A stretch of 64,000 bases of DNA. It comes from a virus. A model generated the notes under the pieces. It ran no database searches, was not told where the DNA came from, and saw only the letters and a list, made by a program, of their open reading frames with translations. This document shows, in pieces, positions 22,146 through 34,000 of the stretch (the stretch's first letter is position 1; every line of letters begins with the position of its first letter). Both the position numbers and the translations under genes were made by a program. Where the stretch lies: the IMG/VR virus record IMGVR_UViG_3300042514_001262, positions 37,888 through 101,887 of that record. One strand, written 5' to 3'.

Positions 22146-23528
22146 TTAATTTGTATTATTGTTTTGTTCTCTTTGTTTTCTTTTCTCCAAAAGTTCTTTA
22201 ACTCGGTCACGTTTTCTTTCTTCTTGTTGTCCTTCAAAACCTAAGAATGTTACCGAACTTTCTGTATCTATTTCAAGTAGTTCGTTGTTGAATTTGCAAT
22301 TTTCAAAAACCACACCATCTTTACCAATACGTGACTTGGTAATTGCAATTGTTGCCAAGTTCATTTCTTTTTGTTGTAGTGTTTTTGCTACCGATATGAT
22401 GACGTGTCCTACTTGGGCTTTCTTAATTGACCCACCCATTTGGTCTGTTGTTACAACCTCAGAAGAGATTGATGACCTGTTACCTTGTGTTGCCGTCCAA
22501 CCTACCAATGATAACTCATGACACATTGCCTCAAATCCTCTCATTACTGACCCCTCAGCCTTCCACTCATCTTTAGAACTACTTTCAGGAACCACACAAT
22601 CAATATAGTCCAAAAGAACTAAATCAATTTTTGTTCCGTCAGCAATCATTTTTCTGATTTGACTTTTGATTTGATTCATTGTCATAGAATCTGAAGGGAG
22701 TTTCTTTAAAATCAACTCGTTCTTCATTGTCTCTTTAATCTCAGTGATTTTACTAATTACGGTTTCTTTATGTAGAACCAAATTATCAGGTTCAATACCA
22801 GTCCATAAGGTGAAGTGTTTACGTTGTACAATCTTCGGATTGTCTTCAAAGAAGATTTGTAAAACATTATACCCAAGATTAAAAGCCGTGTTAGCAATTT
22901 TAGTTAAGATAGTTGTTTTACCAACCCCCGTAGGAGCCAATATAACACCTATCTCACCCTTTGCAAGACCACCCTTAAGTAATCTGTCAATTCCTGGTAT
23001 TCCGATTGGAATTGGGTGTCTAAAATCCTCATCTAATACCGTATCAAGGTTAGAAAAGATATCGGTTGTACCCATATCTCTTTCTCCAACTTGTAACGCC
23101 AAACGAATTAATCCCTCAACTTTATCATAAGATTCAAAATCACCTTCTGTGATAATCTTTTGAGATTTATCCATCGCTTTTTGAAGTTCTTGTTGTTTAC
23201 AAAACTTCAAAGCCTTTTCTTGAACAAATTGAGTTCCTTCAAATGGTGCGTCTTTGATTTGTGAAATAGTGTCAAGAACGATTTTAGCAACCAATTCTTG
23301 TGAGATTTCGGATTTGACGATTTGCTCAAGAGTATCAAAGTTAGGGGTTGATTGATATTTCGCATGATACTCCTTTGTCATCTGTAGGATGATTTTAAAG
23401 TACTTGTTGTCAAAATAAACACTTTCAATTACATCCATAATTGATGTTGAAAATTCTTTATCTACAATAAGTTGGTTTAATAACTGTATTTGAAATGTGT
23501 TCCCTAAATAATCAAAATTCTTGTTCAT
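22146..23528 (-). CDS. Replicative DnaB-family helicase (T4 gp41-like)
   Basis: Walker A APTGVGKT, LLDYID, WTATQGNR, KSR.G motifs. Confidence 0.92.
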   Translation of the reverse strand: MNKNFDYLGNTFQIQLLNQLIVDKEFSTSIMDVIESVYFDNKYFKIILQMTKEYHAKYQSTPNFDTLEQIVKSEISQELVAKIVLDTISQIKDAPFEGTQFVQEKALKFCKQQELQKAMDKSQKIITEGDFESYDKVEGLIRLALQVGERDMGTTDIFSNLDTVLDEDFRHPIPIGIPGIDRLLKGGLAKGEIGVILAPTGVGKTTILTKIANTAFNLGYNVLQIFFEDNPKIVQRKHFTLWTGIEPDNLVLHKETVISKITEIKETMKNELILKKLPSDSMTMNQIKSQIRKMIADGTKIDLVLLDYIDCVVPESSSKDEWKAEGSVMRGFEAMCHELSLVGWTATQGNRSSISSEVVTTDQMGGSIKKAQVGHVIISVAKTLQQKEMNLATIAITKSRIGKDGVVFENCKFNNELLEIDTESSVTFLGFEGQQEERKRDRVKELLEKRKQREQNNNTN

Positions 23529-23563
23529 ATATCGTTTTTGTAATCCCCTGTTTTATTAAATAG

Positions 23564-24016
23564 TTACTTTCTTAGGTCAAGACCCAAATAATCAAAACTT
23601 AATTTTCGGGATGAAAAAATGTAAGTTAATTCTCTCAAAACTTCTTTTAAAAATGGTCGTACATCCACCGTATAACGAACTTTTGGTGGGAATAATTTTC
23701 CATCAAAAAATCTATGACAAATTGTCTGTTCTCCAATTTTGATGTAAAGGTTAAATTGTTCACTTTCATCGGTAAATGATGTATTCATAATTGATGTGTC
23801 ACTCATAATTGCTTCTGTGTTGTCAATCATGTAGGTGACCGTTTTCATCTTTAAATAATACTCAAGTTCTTGTTTGAATTGTATCATGTAATAATACAAT
23901 TCCAATGAATTTTTTGCGTTTGGATTGAATCCTCTGACATTGAAAAATCTTTGGACGACAATGTTGTCATTCAATGTCATCAGGAACTCCATTTTGGTGC
24001 TGTCTTGCTCTTTCAT
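23564..24016 (-). CDS. Hypothetical protein in replication block
   Basis: 150 aa, tightly packed between the exonuclease and helicase. Confidence 0.6.
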   Translation of the reverse strand: MKEQDSTKMEFLMTLNDNIVVQRFFNVRGFNPNAKNSLELYYYMIQFKQELEYYLKMKTVTYMIDNTEAIMSDTSIMNTSFTDESEQFNLYIKIGEQTICHRFFDGKLFPPKVRYTVDVRPFLKEVLRELTYIFSSRKLSFDYLGLDLRK

Positions 24017-24019
24017 AAT

Positions 24020-25024
24020 TTAATTTTTGTTTGTTATATTTCTTTTTTCTTTTCTTGTTAATTTCATAAACGGTTTTAGGAAGTTGACCCACGCCTCATC
24101 GTTCTTCGGTAGATACTTAAACAGACCATCCTCCATCATCATTCTCATCAAGTTTTTATATCCCCTATCTGTAGGGTCTATACTGTCTGTCAATATCTGT
24201 TCAACCAATTCTTTTCCATCATCTGTTATCAAAGGGTTAGTTAAATCAACAATCTTTTTGTTTGTTGTATAGAACTCTTCCCCAAGTATAGACAATTTTG
24301 TCTTACCGGTCAAAATATTAACCAATGTTTTTATGGGTTTATTTTGTGGGATATTTCGTGCATAATCCAAGATTTCTTCTACTGTACATGGTTTCTCCTG
24401 CACCTGAGGGAAATATTTGATTAATGTTTTTTCCCCAAGCCCTTCAATTCCACTGATGTTATCGGATTTGTCCCCTGTAAAGATTTTAGTTAATAATACA
24501 TTATAATGGGGAATATCAACCTTATTAATGGTTATCATATCCCCATTCTTATAATATTGTTTTGATATTGGCGAATAAATGGTTACCCTCTCGGAGATGA
24601 GTTGGGTAAGGTCTTTGTCCGCAGAGAAGATTATAATGTCCTCATCGGTTGCAATTTGTGTATAAAACGCCATAAGGTCATCCGCCTCGTTGTTAACCAT
24701 TTCAACCTGACGAACAAATATTTCTTCAAGGTATTGTTTAACACGGGACTGTTGATACAAATACGATTCGTACTTGTATTCATTCATATCCTGTCTTCTG
24801 TTCGCTTTATACTGGGGGTATAGACCTTTTCTGATGGATGAATTTGAGTCCCCATCCCACATCACAATTACTTTATCATGGTTGTGCTCTTCAAGGAATT
24901 TGCGGAGTATGTTCACAAAGTGAAATACCCCACCCACATGAGCACCGTCATTATACACGTCTTTCGCTCCGTGGAATCCTATCTTGAATAAATTATTTCC
25001 GTCTACTAATAATGTTCTAATCAC
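24020..25024 (-). CDS. 5'-3' exonuclease / flap endonuclease (PolI N-terminal, T4 RNase H-like)
   Basis: LLVDGNN, YKANR, EADD, SADKDLTQL, GDKSDNISGIEGLGEKT motifs. Confidence 0.93.
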   Translation of the reverse strand: MIRTLLVDGNNLFKIGFHGAKDVYNDGAHVGGVFHFVNILRKFLEEHNHDKVIVMWDGDSNSSIRKGLYPQYKANRRQDMNEYKYESYLYQQSRVKQYLEEIFVRQVEMVNNEADDLMAFYTQIATDEDIIIFSADKDLTQLISERVTIYSPISKQYYKNGDMITINKVDIPHYNVLLTKIFTGDKSDNISGIEGLGEKTLIKYFPQVQEKPCTVEEILDYARNIPQNKPIKTLVNILTGKTKLSILGEEFYTTNKKIVDLTNPLITDDGKELVEQILTDSIDPTDRGYKNLMRMMMEDGLFKYLPKNDEAWVNFLKPFMKLTRKEKRNITNKN

Positions 25025-25053
25025 CTGTGTGATTTAAAGTGTGATACAATATA

Positions 25054-26058
25054 CTAATCTTCCTTTTCTTCTTTCAAATCAAAATCTAATGATGTTACAC
25101 CAAGAATATCTTTCCAATAGTCAGCATATTCTTTTTTGTAAGATTCAATAGATACCTTTTCTTCAGCCGCTTCTTTTCCCGCCAAGAAACCGTGTGGTGT
25201 TACAATTATCTTTCCGTCTTCATAACCCAATCCATTGATGTGGTTTTTCATAACAGAAACTTTTGTTCTAATCGCAAACTTTACACTTCTCTTGTCTTTT
25301 GTTGCGGTAATCTTGTTTGTTCCCGCACCTTTTTGGTTACCAAACAAAAATACCAATGATGAGTTTAACCAAATGGCTTCACCACCTTTAGCCTTAATTT
25401 TTGGTTGACCGAATGGATTGTCAGGTAATTCAACCCAAGGTTGGTTAACAATAACCAATGTATTTTCGTATTTAGAATCTGCTTTACGAGAACCTGAAAT
25501 ACGCTGATTGATACCCATACCAATTTTGTCAGCAAGTGTAGATGCGTTGTGTTGCTTCCCACCTTTACCTTCAAAGGTCATTTTACAAGGAACTGAACCA
25601 ACAGAATCCCATAAGAACAACAAACTATAATCTAACTCACCTTTTTCTTGAGCATCTAACAAACTGTTGATATAGTCCGTGATTTGCTCAATGTAATCAA
25701 AGTCATTATTAAAGATGTAGAAACCATCCCAATCAACTTCACCTGTAGATTCATCAACAACTTCTTCACAATCAAAACCCATAAGTTTTGCATGTTCAAA
25801 AGACCATTTTTGTTCTGTAATAATGAATACAGGTAAAATACCTTTCTTCTGAGCATCAACGGCAGTTTTAACCAACGCTGTAGTTTTTCCTGTATCTGAG
25901 TGACCCAAGAACATATTCAAATGTCCGATAGCGGGACCAGGTAATCCAACCGCATCTAAGAAATCTTGTCCTAAATCAAAAAATCTTTGGGGTTTGTATT
26001 TTGCAGAAGTTGAGAATTTCTTCTTAACTGAACTGAAATCGTTTTTCTTTATTGCCAT
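25054..26058 (-). CDS. RecA/UvsX-family recombinase
   Basis: GHSDTGKTT Walker A, WDSVG Walker B, IVNQ, KGG..I, KNH motifs. Confidence 0.88.
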   Translation of the reverse strand: MAIKKNDFSSVKKKFSTSAKYKPQRFFDLGQDFLDAVGLPGPAIGHLNMFLGHSDTGKTTALVKTAVDAQKKGILPVFIITEQKWSFEHAKLMGFDCEEVVDESTGEVDWDGFYIFNNDFDYIEQITDYINSLLDAQEKGELDYSLLFLWDSVGSVPCKMTFEGKGGKQHNASTLADKIGMGINQRISGSRKADSKYENTLVIVNQPWVELPDNPFGQPKIKAKGGEAIWLNSSLVFLFGNQKGAGTNKITATKDKRSVKFAIRTKVSVMKNHINGLGYEDGKIIVTPHGFLAGKEAAEEKVSIESYKKEYADYWKDILGVTSLDFDLKEEKED

Positions 26059-26072
26059 AATGATATAAATTA

Positions 26073-26108
26073 ATCATGTATGGTACCATACAAGATACCA
26101 TACATGAT
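26073..26108. repeat. Nested inverted repeats in the SSB-recA intergenic region
   Basis: ATCATGTATGGTA (26073-85) pairs with TACCATACATGAT (26096-108); it overlaps the perfect palindrome TGTATGGTACCATACA (26077-92). Confidence 0.8.
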
Positions 26109-26121
26109 GTGTTTTGTTTTA

Positions 26122-26982
26122 TTAGAAAGGTAAATCTGTGTCAACCTCGTCATTTGATTGAGGGTCAACGATAGGTGCTTTTGTTTCAACTTTTTTAGCC
26201 CCACCCATAGATGTTGTAGATTCGGTATCATTACCGTATACATAACCACCTTTATCACTATCCCATTTTGGAGTTTCTCCACGAGCAATTGCCTCAAGAT
26301 AGTCAACAGGTTTTTTAGAATATACATCCAACCAAGTCAACTCGTCATTAATCCAAGAATCACCTTGAACTTTTTCTTCGTGTATTGGTGTTGGGTCGTC
26401 ATACATAACTGTAGACACACTTGTGTATTCTTTACCTGCAGGTGTTTTAGATTTTGTCAATTCAATGATAAGGTCTCGTCCTTTTTCAGGGTCAGTGATA
26501 TCACCTTTGTTTCTCCAAATTGGGATGATTTTATCCAAGATACCATCGTTCTTGTAATTGTGTTTAAATCTCCAAAATTTTGGACCGTCTTCTTCTCTGT
26601 CTCTATCAATAACCTTTACAATATAGAATTTACGAGACTTATATTGTTTCGCTAATTCTTTATCAGATTCTTTACCTGTTGACATCAATTCTTCATAAAC
26701 CTCATTTAAAGGAGAACGCTCATTGTCATTCTTTCCTGGGTCATAAAATTTTTGCCATTGTCCACCTACTTGGATTTCGTGATACCAAGCCTCTTTAAAT
26801 GGTGAAGAACCATCTGGTGTAGGTAGGATACGTACTCTACGTTGTCCTGATTTCTCTTTGTCTCCTAAGATTAAAGCGAAATACTTTTTCATTCTTTCGT
26901 CTTGCGACATTTTGCTTTGGGCCCCGCCCCCTTGTTGTGCTTTTTCGTACTGTGCCAATACGGCGTCTAATGAACTCATCAT
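26122..26982 (-). CDS. Single-stranded DNA-binding protein (T4 gp32-like)
   Basis: VRILP, ITDPEKGRDLII motifs; acidic C-terminal tail ending DLPF. Confidence 0.85.
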   Translation of the reverse strand: MMSSLDAVLAQYEKAQQGGGAQSKMSQDERMKKYFALILGDKEKSGQRRVRILPTPDGSSPFKEAWYHEIQVGGQWQKFYDPGKNDNERSPLNEVYEELMSTGKESDKELAKQYKSRKFYIVKVIDRDREEDGPKFWRFKHNYKNDGILDKIIPIWRNKGDITDPEKGRDLIIELTKSKTPAGKEYTSVSTVMYDDPTPIHEEKVQGDSWINDELTWLDVYSKKPVDYLEAIARGETPKWDSDKGGYVYGNDTESTTSMGGAKKVETKAPIVDPQSNDEVDTDLPF

Positions 26983-27015
26983 GTTTTTTAAATTTTAAAT
27001 TATTAAGTTATGTTA

Positions 27016-27047
27016 CAAAGGTAATCTAGTTTTTTGATTTTGTCAAA
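27016..27047 (-). promoter_or_regulatory. Bacteroidota sigma70-type promoter for the replication block
   Basis: Minus strand TTTG-N20-TACCTTTG matches the -33 TTTG / -7 TAnnTTTG consensus, 33 nt upstream of the SSB start. Confidence 0.8.
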
Positions 27048-27076
27048 TAAAAAAAGCCACCTCAAGGGTGGCTTTT
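27048..27076 (-). terminator. Rho-independent terminator
   Basis: AAAAGCCACC-N5-GGTGGCTTTT plus a T-tract, just after the 27099 stop. Confidence 0.85.
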
Positions 27077-27098
27077 GTAAATAAACTTTTTGTTATTA

Positions 27099-27758
27099 TT
27101 AGTATTTCAAATCATCCTTAAATCCGTTTCCTTGGAAAGAACTTTTGATGTCACTTACGTTAATGTCAGTTACATCATCGGGAGTTAAAACATAATCATT
27201 TTTTCCCGTTTTTTCCATATCTTCTTTCTTGTCGTCAAAAAATTGTGATAATTTCTGATTAAATGGATATGAATCGTAACTTCTTAATTCTAATTTTTCT
27301 TGTGGAGTTTTTTCTCTGTATTTCTCAATTTTGTTTTCCAATGCATTGAGTTTATTCATAATTGCATCCATCTCACCTAATCTTGATTCCAACTTATTTA
27401 ATTGACCAAACAAATTTTCAAAATAATCATCTTGTTTTGATTGAATATCTTTTTGAGCGGTTACTAATTCGGTAATATCTAATTCTTCTGAACCAGAACC
27501 TTTGTCTTTATTCTCTTCAGATTTACCATTGTCGTCAATTTTTTCAACATCGGGGTCGTTATCAACATCAATTGGTTCTGAACCACTTGGTGGTGGAGGA
27601 GGAGTTGCAGTTGTTTCTGCCGGTGGAGGTGGAGGAGTTGCTCCGGCTTCAGGCTCTAATGCTCCTAAAGCAAGAGCGTCAGCATCTTGTTCAAAGATGT
27701 AATTATTGATACTTCTGTATCTATTTATTTCGCTCAATATTTTTTTATCTAAAGCCAT
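27099..27758 (-). CDS. Hypothetical acidic/Pro-rich coiled-coil protein (possible head scaffold/core)
   Basis: 219 aa; ILSEINR leader, poly-Pro stretches, heptad region LNKLESRLGEMDAIMNKLNALENKIEK. Confidence 0.55.
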   Translation of the reverse strand: MALDKKILSEINRYRSINNYIFEQDADALALGALEPEAGATPPPPPAETTATPPPPPSGSEPIDVDNDPDVEKIDDNGKSEENKDKGSGSEELDITELVTAQKDIQSKQDDYFENLFGQLNKLESRLGEMDAIMNKLNALENKIEKYREKTPQEKLELRSYDSYPFNQKLSQFFDDKKEDMEKTGKNDYVLTPDDVTDINVSDIKSSFQGNGFKDDLKY

Positions 27759-27762
27759 TTTA

Positions 27763-27987
27763 TTATCCGTTTAATAATTGTTTTATTCCGTTAGAGGTTT
27801 CAACCCTAACTCTTCTGTTGGCAGTTGTTTGATGACCCGCTCTCTCAATAAGACCATCTCTTTCTCTTACAGTATAACAATCGCCAGTGTCTAAATCACA
27901 AACTTGTTTAGTTCCGTCACCGTTATCTTCTTGTGAAAATCTAGTTGATTTGCCAAGATAGTTATCTAATGCTGTTTTAATATCCAT
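27763..27987 (-). CDS. Small hypothetical protein
   Basis: 74 aa with VCDLDTGDC; TATTTAT motif upstream. Confidence 0.65.
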   Translation of the reverse strand: MDIKTALDNYLGKSTRFSQEDNGDGTKQVCDLDTGDCYTVRERDGLIERAGHQTTANRRVRVETSNGIKQLLNG

Positions 27988-28018
27988 AATAATGTTTCTA
28001 TATAAATATACGATTAGT

Positions 28019-31000
28019 TTATAAAGTGAATGGTGGTGATGTTACACTACCATTTATTGGTTTACCAAAGTTTGATGAAGTTGTATCAGTAACCACATAA
28101 TCTTCTGAAGTATATCTAACCTCAAGTTGGAATGCTCCTACACTATTCAATTCAATAACATTTGTGTATTTCGTATCTGTATTATTGGTTATTTTAATAT
28201 TTTGTTTATCCACGCTAGGTATTGAATATACCTCAGCGCCTCCCTTAGAAATTAGTCCTTTACAAGTAAATTGATATGTAATGTATCCTCCAGTTGGTTT
28301 TTTAATATTGTAGTAATCATCACCATTAAAATTTGGTAGATTTTCCCCATATGTTTCGGAAACTTTAAATAATGCTCCTGGTTGTGTTTGTGTTGTTGAG
28401 GATATTGGTCTAAATGCAAAATTAAACGATTGCGATACATTTTGAGGATTTTTAACTTTATCCGTAGGAACTGCGGTAACTGTAAATTTAATATTAGCAA
28501 TTTGACCCTCTTTAATAGGAGCTGTTTGGAATTGAGGTATTGGGTTATTAACTAACATACCCTCAACATTATTATAAGTCATGGTGAATACATTACCCGA
28601 AACATAATTAGAAACTGTTGTTGTTACCGTTCTATTTAATGTTTGCGTTGTAGTATTGTTAACAACAGAATTATCGTAAACAGAAATAATCATTGTAACA
28701 TTTTGCTCTAATGTCCATGTATTTAATGCCGCTGCTTGTGGATTAACAGAAACCGTTAATTGTTGTGTAACCCCACCTGTCGATGTTTGTGTTTGACCGT
28801 CTAAAGTAACGGGTCCTGTTTGTTGTGGTTGTGTGTTTGAGTTATTTGGATTACTTGGAACAGGTGTAACTTGAGCTGGGTTATATGTGAAGTTAACCAC
28901 ACTTGCACTATCTCCATGAGTACCTAATACAATTATAGAATTGTTTTGAGCCACCGTTGTATTACTATACGGAACAATAACACTGATATTAAATGAGTTG
29001 TTTATTGTAATACCTGTAGTTGTTGTTACACCATTTATTGTTGCACCAATAACTTGGTCTAAATCTTTACCAATTATTGATACTATTGTACCACTAATAC
29101 CCGATAACGGTGAGAACGAAGTTATTGTAGGCGGCACACAAATCACAGGTATTATAGTTGTATTTAAATTGTTTGGTGTTGTCGTAATCCCTGCATATGT
29201 GTTTTCAATTTTTTCTTTTTGTTTCTTATCTTCTTTTCTTGCTTGAGTTATTGAATCAACATTCAGACCAACACTACCCGCAGATTTAAAACCTTCAGCA
29301 ACTTTTGTTTGAAGAGTATTAAATTCACTAAGGTGACTATCATAATAACTTTCTGATGTGGTTTCATAAGTTCCATCCCAATAACAAGCATAGTATTTAT
29401 CTATTGCAATACCAGTACCTGATTGTCCACCAAAAACTCTTTCAACATTATTCGATAATCTTGATATCATAAAATCTAAGAATGTATCAACATTTTCAAA
29501 GTTTGCAATTGGTAATGATAATTGCTTGTTTGCCGGTGTGTTTATATTCACACAAGAATAAGTTTTAGAAATAAAATAACTATTTCCCTGACCATAATCA
29601 TTTGTTAATGGTAAATTAACAAAATTATTATTATATCCGTAAAATTGCTTTCCTTGAAATGTTTGAATATAACAAATGATGTAGATTAAAACTTGTAAGT
29701 TGTCGTTTGTGGTTTTGCTCTTTATTTTGTTCGCAAATTCCCCTGAACTTAATGGAGATGGTGTTGATTTTTTAGCATCACCCCAATACACGAAAGCTGA
29801 GTTAAGTTTTTCACTGCAGGAGTTTTCCGCCGCAGGTGTACTATCACCTGTTTGACTAACAAGTTTTGCACTACCAGCATCCGTAACTGGTTTGATATCT
29901 ACCTCAGTTTTCTTACTCTTAATAATCGCCTCAATCTTACTTAATAGATTTTTATTTATACTTTGTAAATAATTTTCAATTGCAGGCAAATCATATATTC
30001 CTTGTCTTGTACCTGTAAATGTTGTTTTGAAAGAACCTTGCGAAATCGCGTGATTTACTTGAGTTATCAAATACGGTCCATTAAACATTGGAACATGTCG
30101 TAAGTTAAAATACATTGTTGGTTGCAACAAAGCATTACCTAAACATTCTACTTGACATTGATAACTTCTTTGTTTGTATAAGTTATATAAACTGATGTTT
30201 TGAGTCGCAACATTTCTACCATTTGCTTGGTCAACCATGTTCAATTGAGTTTGAAGTGATTCAGATGTTGCTTTACCACTATCCATGGAAACATTCAAAG
30301 AATAGAATATATTTTGGTTTCTAATTCCAACATCGACATTAAATCCGACACATTTATTAGATATCGCCCAATCTTTTTTATTTACTTGGTTCTCTATCAA
30401 AGGATTATCCGACGCTCTTCTCAATTCAAATGCATCATCCCTAAATCTTGAATTACCTTTTGGCAAATCCAAGTGGCTTGATGGTTGTCCTGCATAGAAA
30501 CAAATCATTTTTGGACCAGAGTTTCTATAATCCACATTCAAAAATGTACCCCACATATTATCAGCAAAATCTAAATTTCCTTCAGGTTGAGGGATTGTTG
30601 TCCCATCAACATCTTGTATATTATAGAAATTGACATATGCCGGTAATGGCATTACATTGAATTTATTTTCAATTAACAACCCACTCATAAATGTGAATAC
30701 ACTCATCTCCATGTTTAAACTGTTTTCACTAAACATGTCTTTTAAGTCAAAAATATCTACAATGATAGTATCCCCAATATTTCTTGAAGCTCTATCTAAA
30801 AACATAACATCTTCAAATAATGTTTTTGATACATAATCTGAACCGGCAATCCACTTATCATTTAAAGCTTTAAACACTTCATAATTTTCTACTTTACTTT
30901 GTTGTCCATCAATCACACTCTGAATTACTCTTTCAGGTAATTCTTGTTGGTTTGGTAATGCAACTCTGACATTATTTAATACTTGGTTCAGAATGTTATT

Positions 31001-34000
31001 TTGGAACACATCGGTCGTTCCCAAATATGTTTGCAATCTATTCTTGAACACATCATTTGATAAATTTGGTGTATACAATTTTTGAGTGGCATACATTTTA
31101 ATTATTGGAGATAATAAAACAACATTATTTTCTGTGAACTCAATATTATTATCAATGAAGAAATCGGTGATATAGGAACCATTATCATCGTAAACCAAAT
31201 TCGGTATTGTTGAAAACCCTACTTGGGTTTCCAAAGCTAACCAAGCGGCGGCGTTTTGAGCTTTAGATGTTCCTAAACTAATTGAACCTGAACTAGATGG
31301 TAAACTATTTTTAACATACGGATTGAAAACAATCGGGTCCGTTATTGGGTAAGGATTGTTTCCTTGCGCCAAATAAGATGCGAATGTTCTTCTTCTGTAT
31401 CCAGATGGGTTACCATATTTAAGAATAACATCATATTCCATGAAAGCCTTAATAGTACTGGAAAATAATACAAGTTGTTTTTCACCAATAGTATTAAAGT
31501 ATTGACCCGTAGTTAGTGTACTATTTTGCGGTTCAATTTCCATCATATTTGTAAATAAATTTTGGAAATTCTTAAATAGAGCATTTGGGTCAACAGGTGA
31601 TTGACCAATCTGAAGATTTGGTTGAACACCCAAATCAATATCAGCAACAGATTTAGAAAAGTTTAAAAACTCTTGTTCAAACTTATCTAATACACTTTTA
31701 TCAAATACCGAAAATATTTCTTCAATCTTTGAATAATCACCATCTATTAATAAGTTGAACGGTGATTGTTTTGTTGTGCCCGTTTGTATTTTATTAACAT
31801 AAGCATCGGGTTGTGGTTTAGCAATTTGTGAATTATTGAAATAACCAAAATTTGGTGATGACCAAAGTAATCTTACAGAACCATTATAGATTGATGGATT
31901 ATCAATAAAAGGACATTTTGGCTCATTTGCAACCAAACACTCAGAATTAACTTGGTTAATTGATGAACCAAACGATGGTACCACATAATATTTTAAACTA
32001 TTAGTATTGTTAGAGGGGTTACAAATCGCACCGTCCGTTATTGGTGGTCCAATAACACTTGGTAAAATCACAGACCATGTTTGTATTTTTGAGTAACTTA
32101 TTGGTGTTGTAATCGGAAACGCAATTGTTTGTGCATTTATATTTGAATCTGTAAAGTTGAATACTTTAACACCATTATCAATACTTGTTTGAATTTCGGC
32201 ATCAGTATAATTTACATATAAATCATATCCATTATAAAAAACATTGAAATCGTTAATCACTTTTGGGTAGAACCCTGTTTGAAGTGAAGTTATATTGTTG
32301 GATACATTTTGTAGTGTAATTTTATTTTCACCGTCAAACTTGAATGTGTATGTTTTTGTATCTGAACTTGTAATTGGGTCAAAATTTGTTTTGAATGCAA
32401 AATCTTTCCAACAGGTGTCTAATATGTCAACATTACTTGTTTTATAGGTTTTATATCTATACCATATTGAACCCATTTTTAAAACCCAAGCATACGGCAT
32501 TTTATGGATAGCACCATACTTTTTAAAGCATGACGCAATGTAATCTAAGTCACTTGACGCCCCTAAAGTTTTATATTTTTCTTTTAACGATGCTAAAGGT
32601 AAAGAATTAATAAAAAGGTAAGCAGCTTGAGTATAGGGATATGGGTCTTTTTTTCTCCATTGGTAAACACCATTTTGAATCGCGTTTACAAAATATGGCG
32701 TGTTTAACATTGATGTTGTTGTTTCAACACTAATATTTTTACTTGGTGATAAATAATTTACATATCCTTCAGTTGGTACAAAGAAATCAGGGTCTTTTCT
32801 AGTATCATAAAACACAGATAAATTAGTTACCGCAACTTGATTTGCCGGGTTTGAAACTTTTAGATATGAAAAATTTGTAACAGGTCTATTTGTTGAGTAG
32901 TCGTAAACACTGTTGAAATTAGAAATAACATCCCTATCTTCAAAAACAGTCAAAACTTTGTTCGTGTTATAAACCGCATTTTTTGCATTATCAACACTAT
33001 TTGCCATGTGTGTTGACACCCATGTTGGGTCTGTAAATGGATATGTATCAATAACCAATGGTTCATTATTTGCGCCTTTAACCAACTGTAATAAACCTTC
33101 AGTTTTTGTATTAGTTTGAGGCTCTTTACCTAAATCAGTCAAACTTAATATGTTAAATGAGTTTTCCGTTAAGTTTTTAATATACGGTGTTACAAAGAAA
33201 TCTCTTATATAATCTTGATACGCTCTACCTGTTCCTTGGTTTGAAATTGTTTTTAGAAACGTAGGATAGTTTTGTGCTGTTATATTATAATTTTTTAATT
33301 TAAGGGTAAGGTATGGTGAACTAACACCTAAACCAGTAACAATGTTATTTGTTTCGGCACTTACTATTAACTTGGTAAGTTGTTCTAACTGATTATTATT
33401 TGCTCGGACGAATCCAGAATAATTTGAACTCAAGAATTGTCTCTCCCAAATCTCATAGAAAAATTTAATTTCCTCTTTATTAACATATGCAATACCTTCG
33501 GAAGGGTATTCTATCGCATTAACATTTATAATGTTTGTAGTGTTTTGACTATCAATAGGTGGTTGAACAACTGGTTGGGCAAATTTTTGAGCTAATCCCT
33601 TCATATACTCTTCAACAAATTCCACTTCAGGCCATTTTTCAAATGAAAACCCTTTTGTTAAATTCACTACAGATGGGTCGGCAATATATTTTAATTGAAA
33701 CCTTCCTTTTTTGTCTTCAGGTGTTTCAACAAAAAATTGAGGCCATGGGTATACAGGTATTTGACCATTAACCAATCCTTGATTTGAGTCCTGAGCAGTC
33801 GGGCTAATTTTTGTATCATCCAAAGTATCGGTTCCTTTTGCCGAGGATGGATTATTTAGTATCGCGTTTTTTCTTACTGGGTCATACCTTACGTTCCACG
33901 CATTAGTATGTACCTCATCCAATAATCGAATAAATCCTTCTGCAGACGCCATAATAACCGCACAAATGTTTCTGACAGTTGGTTTAAATCCAATACCCGT

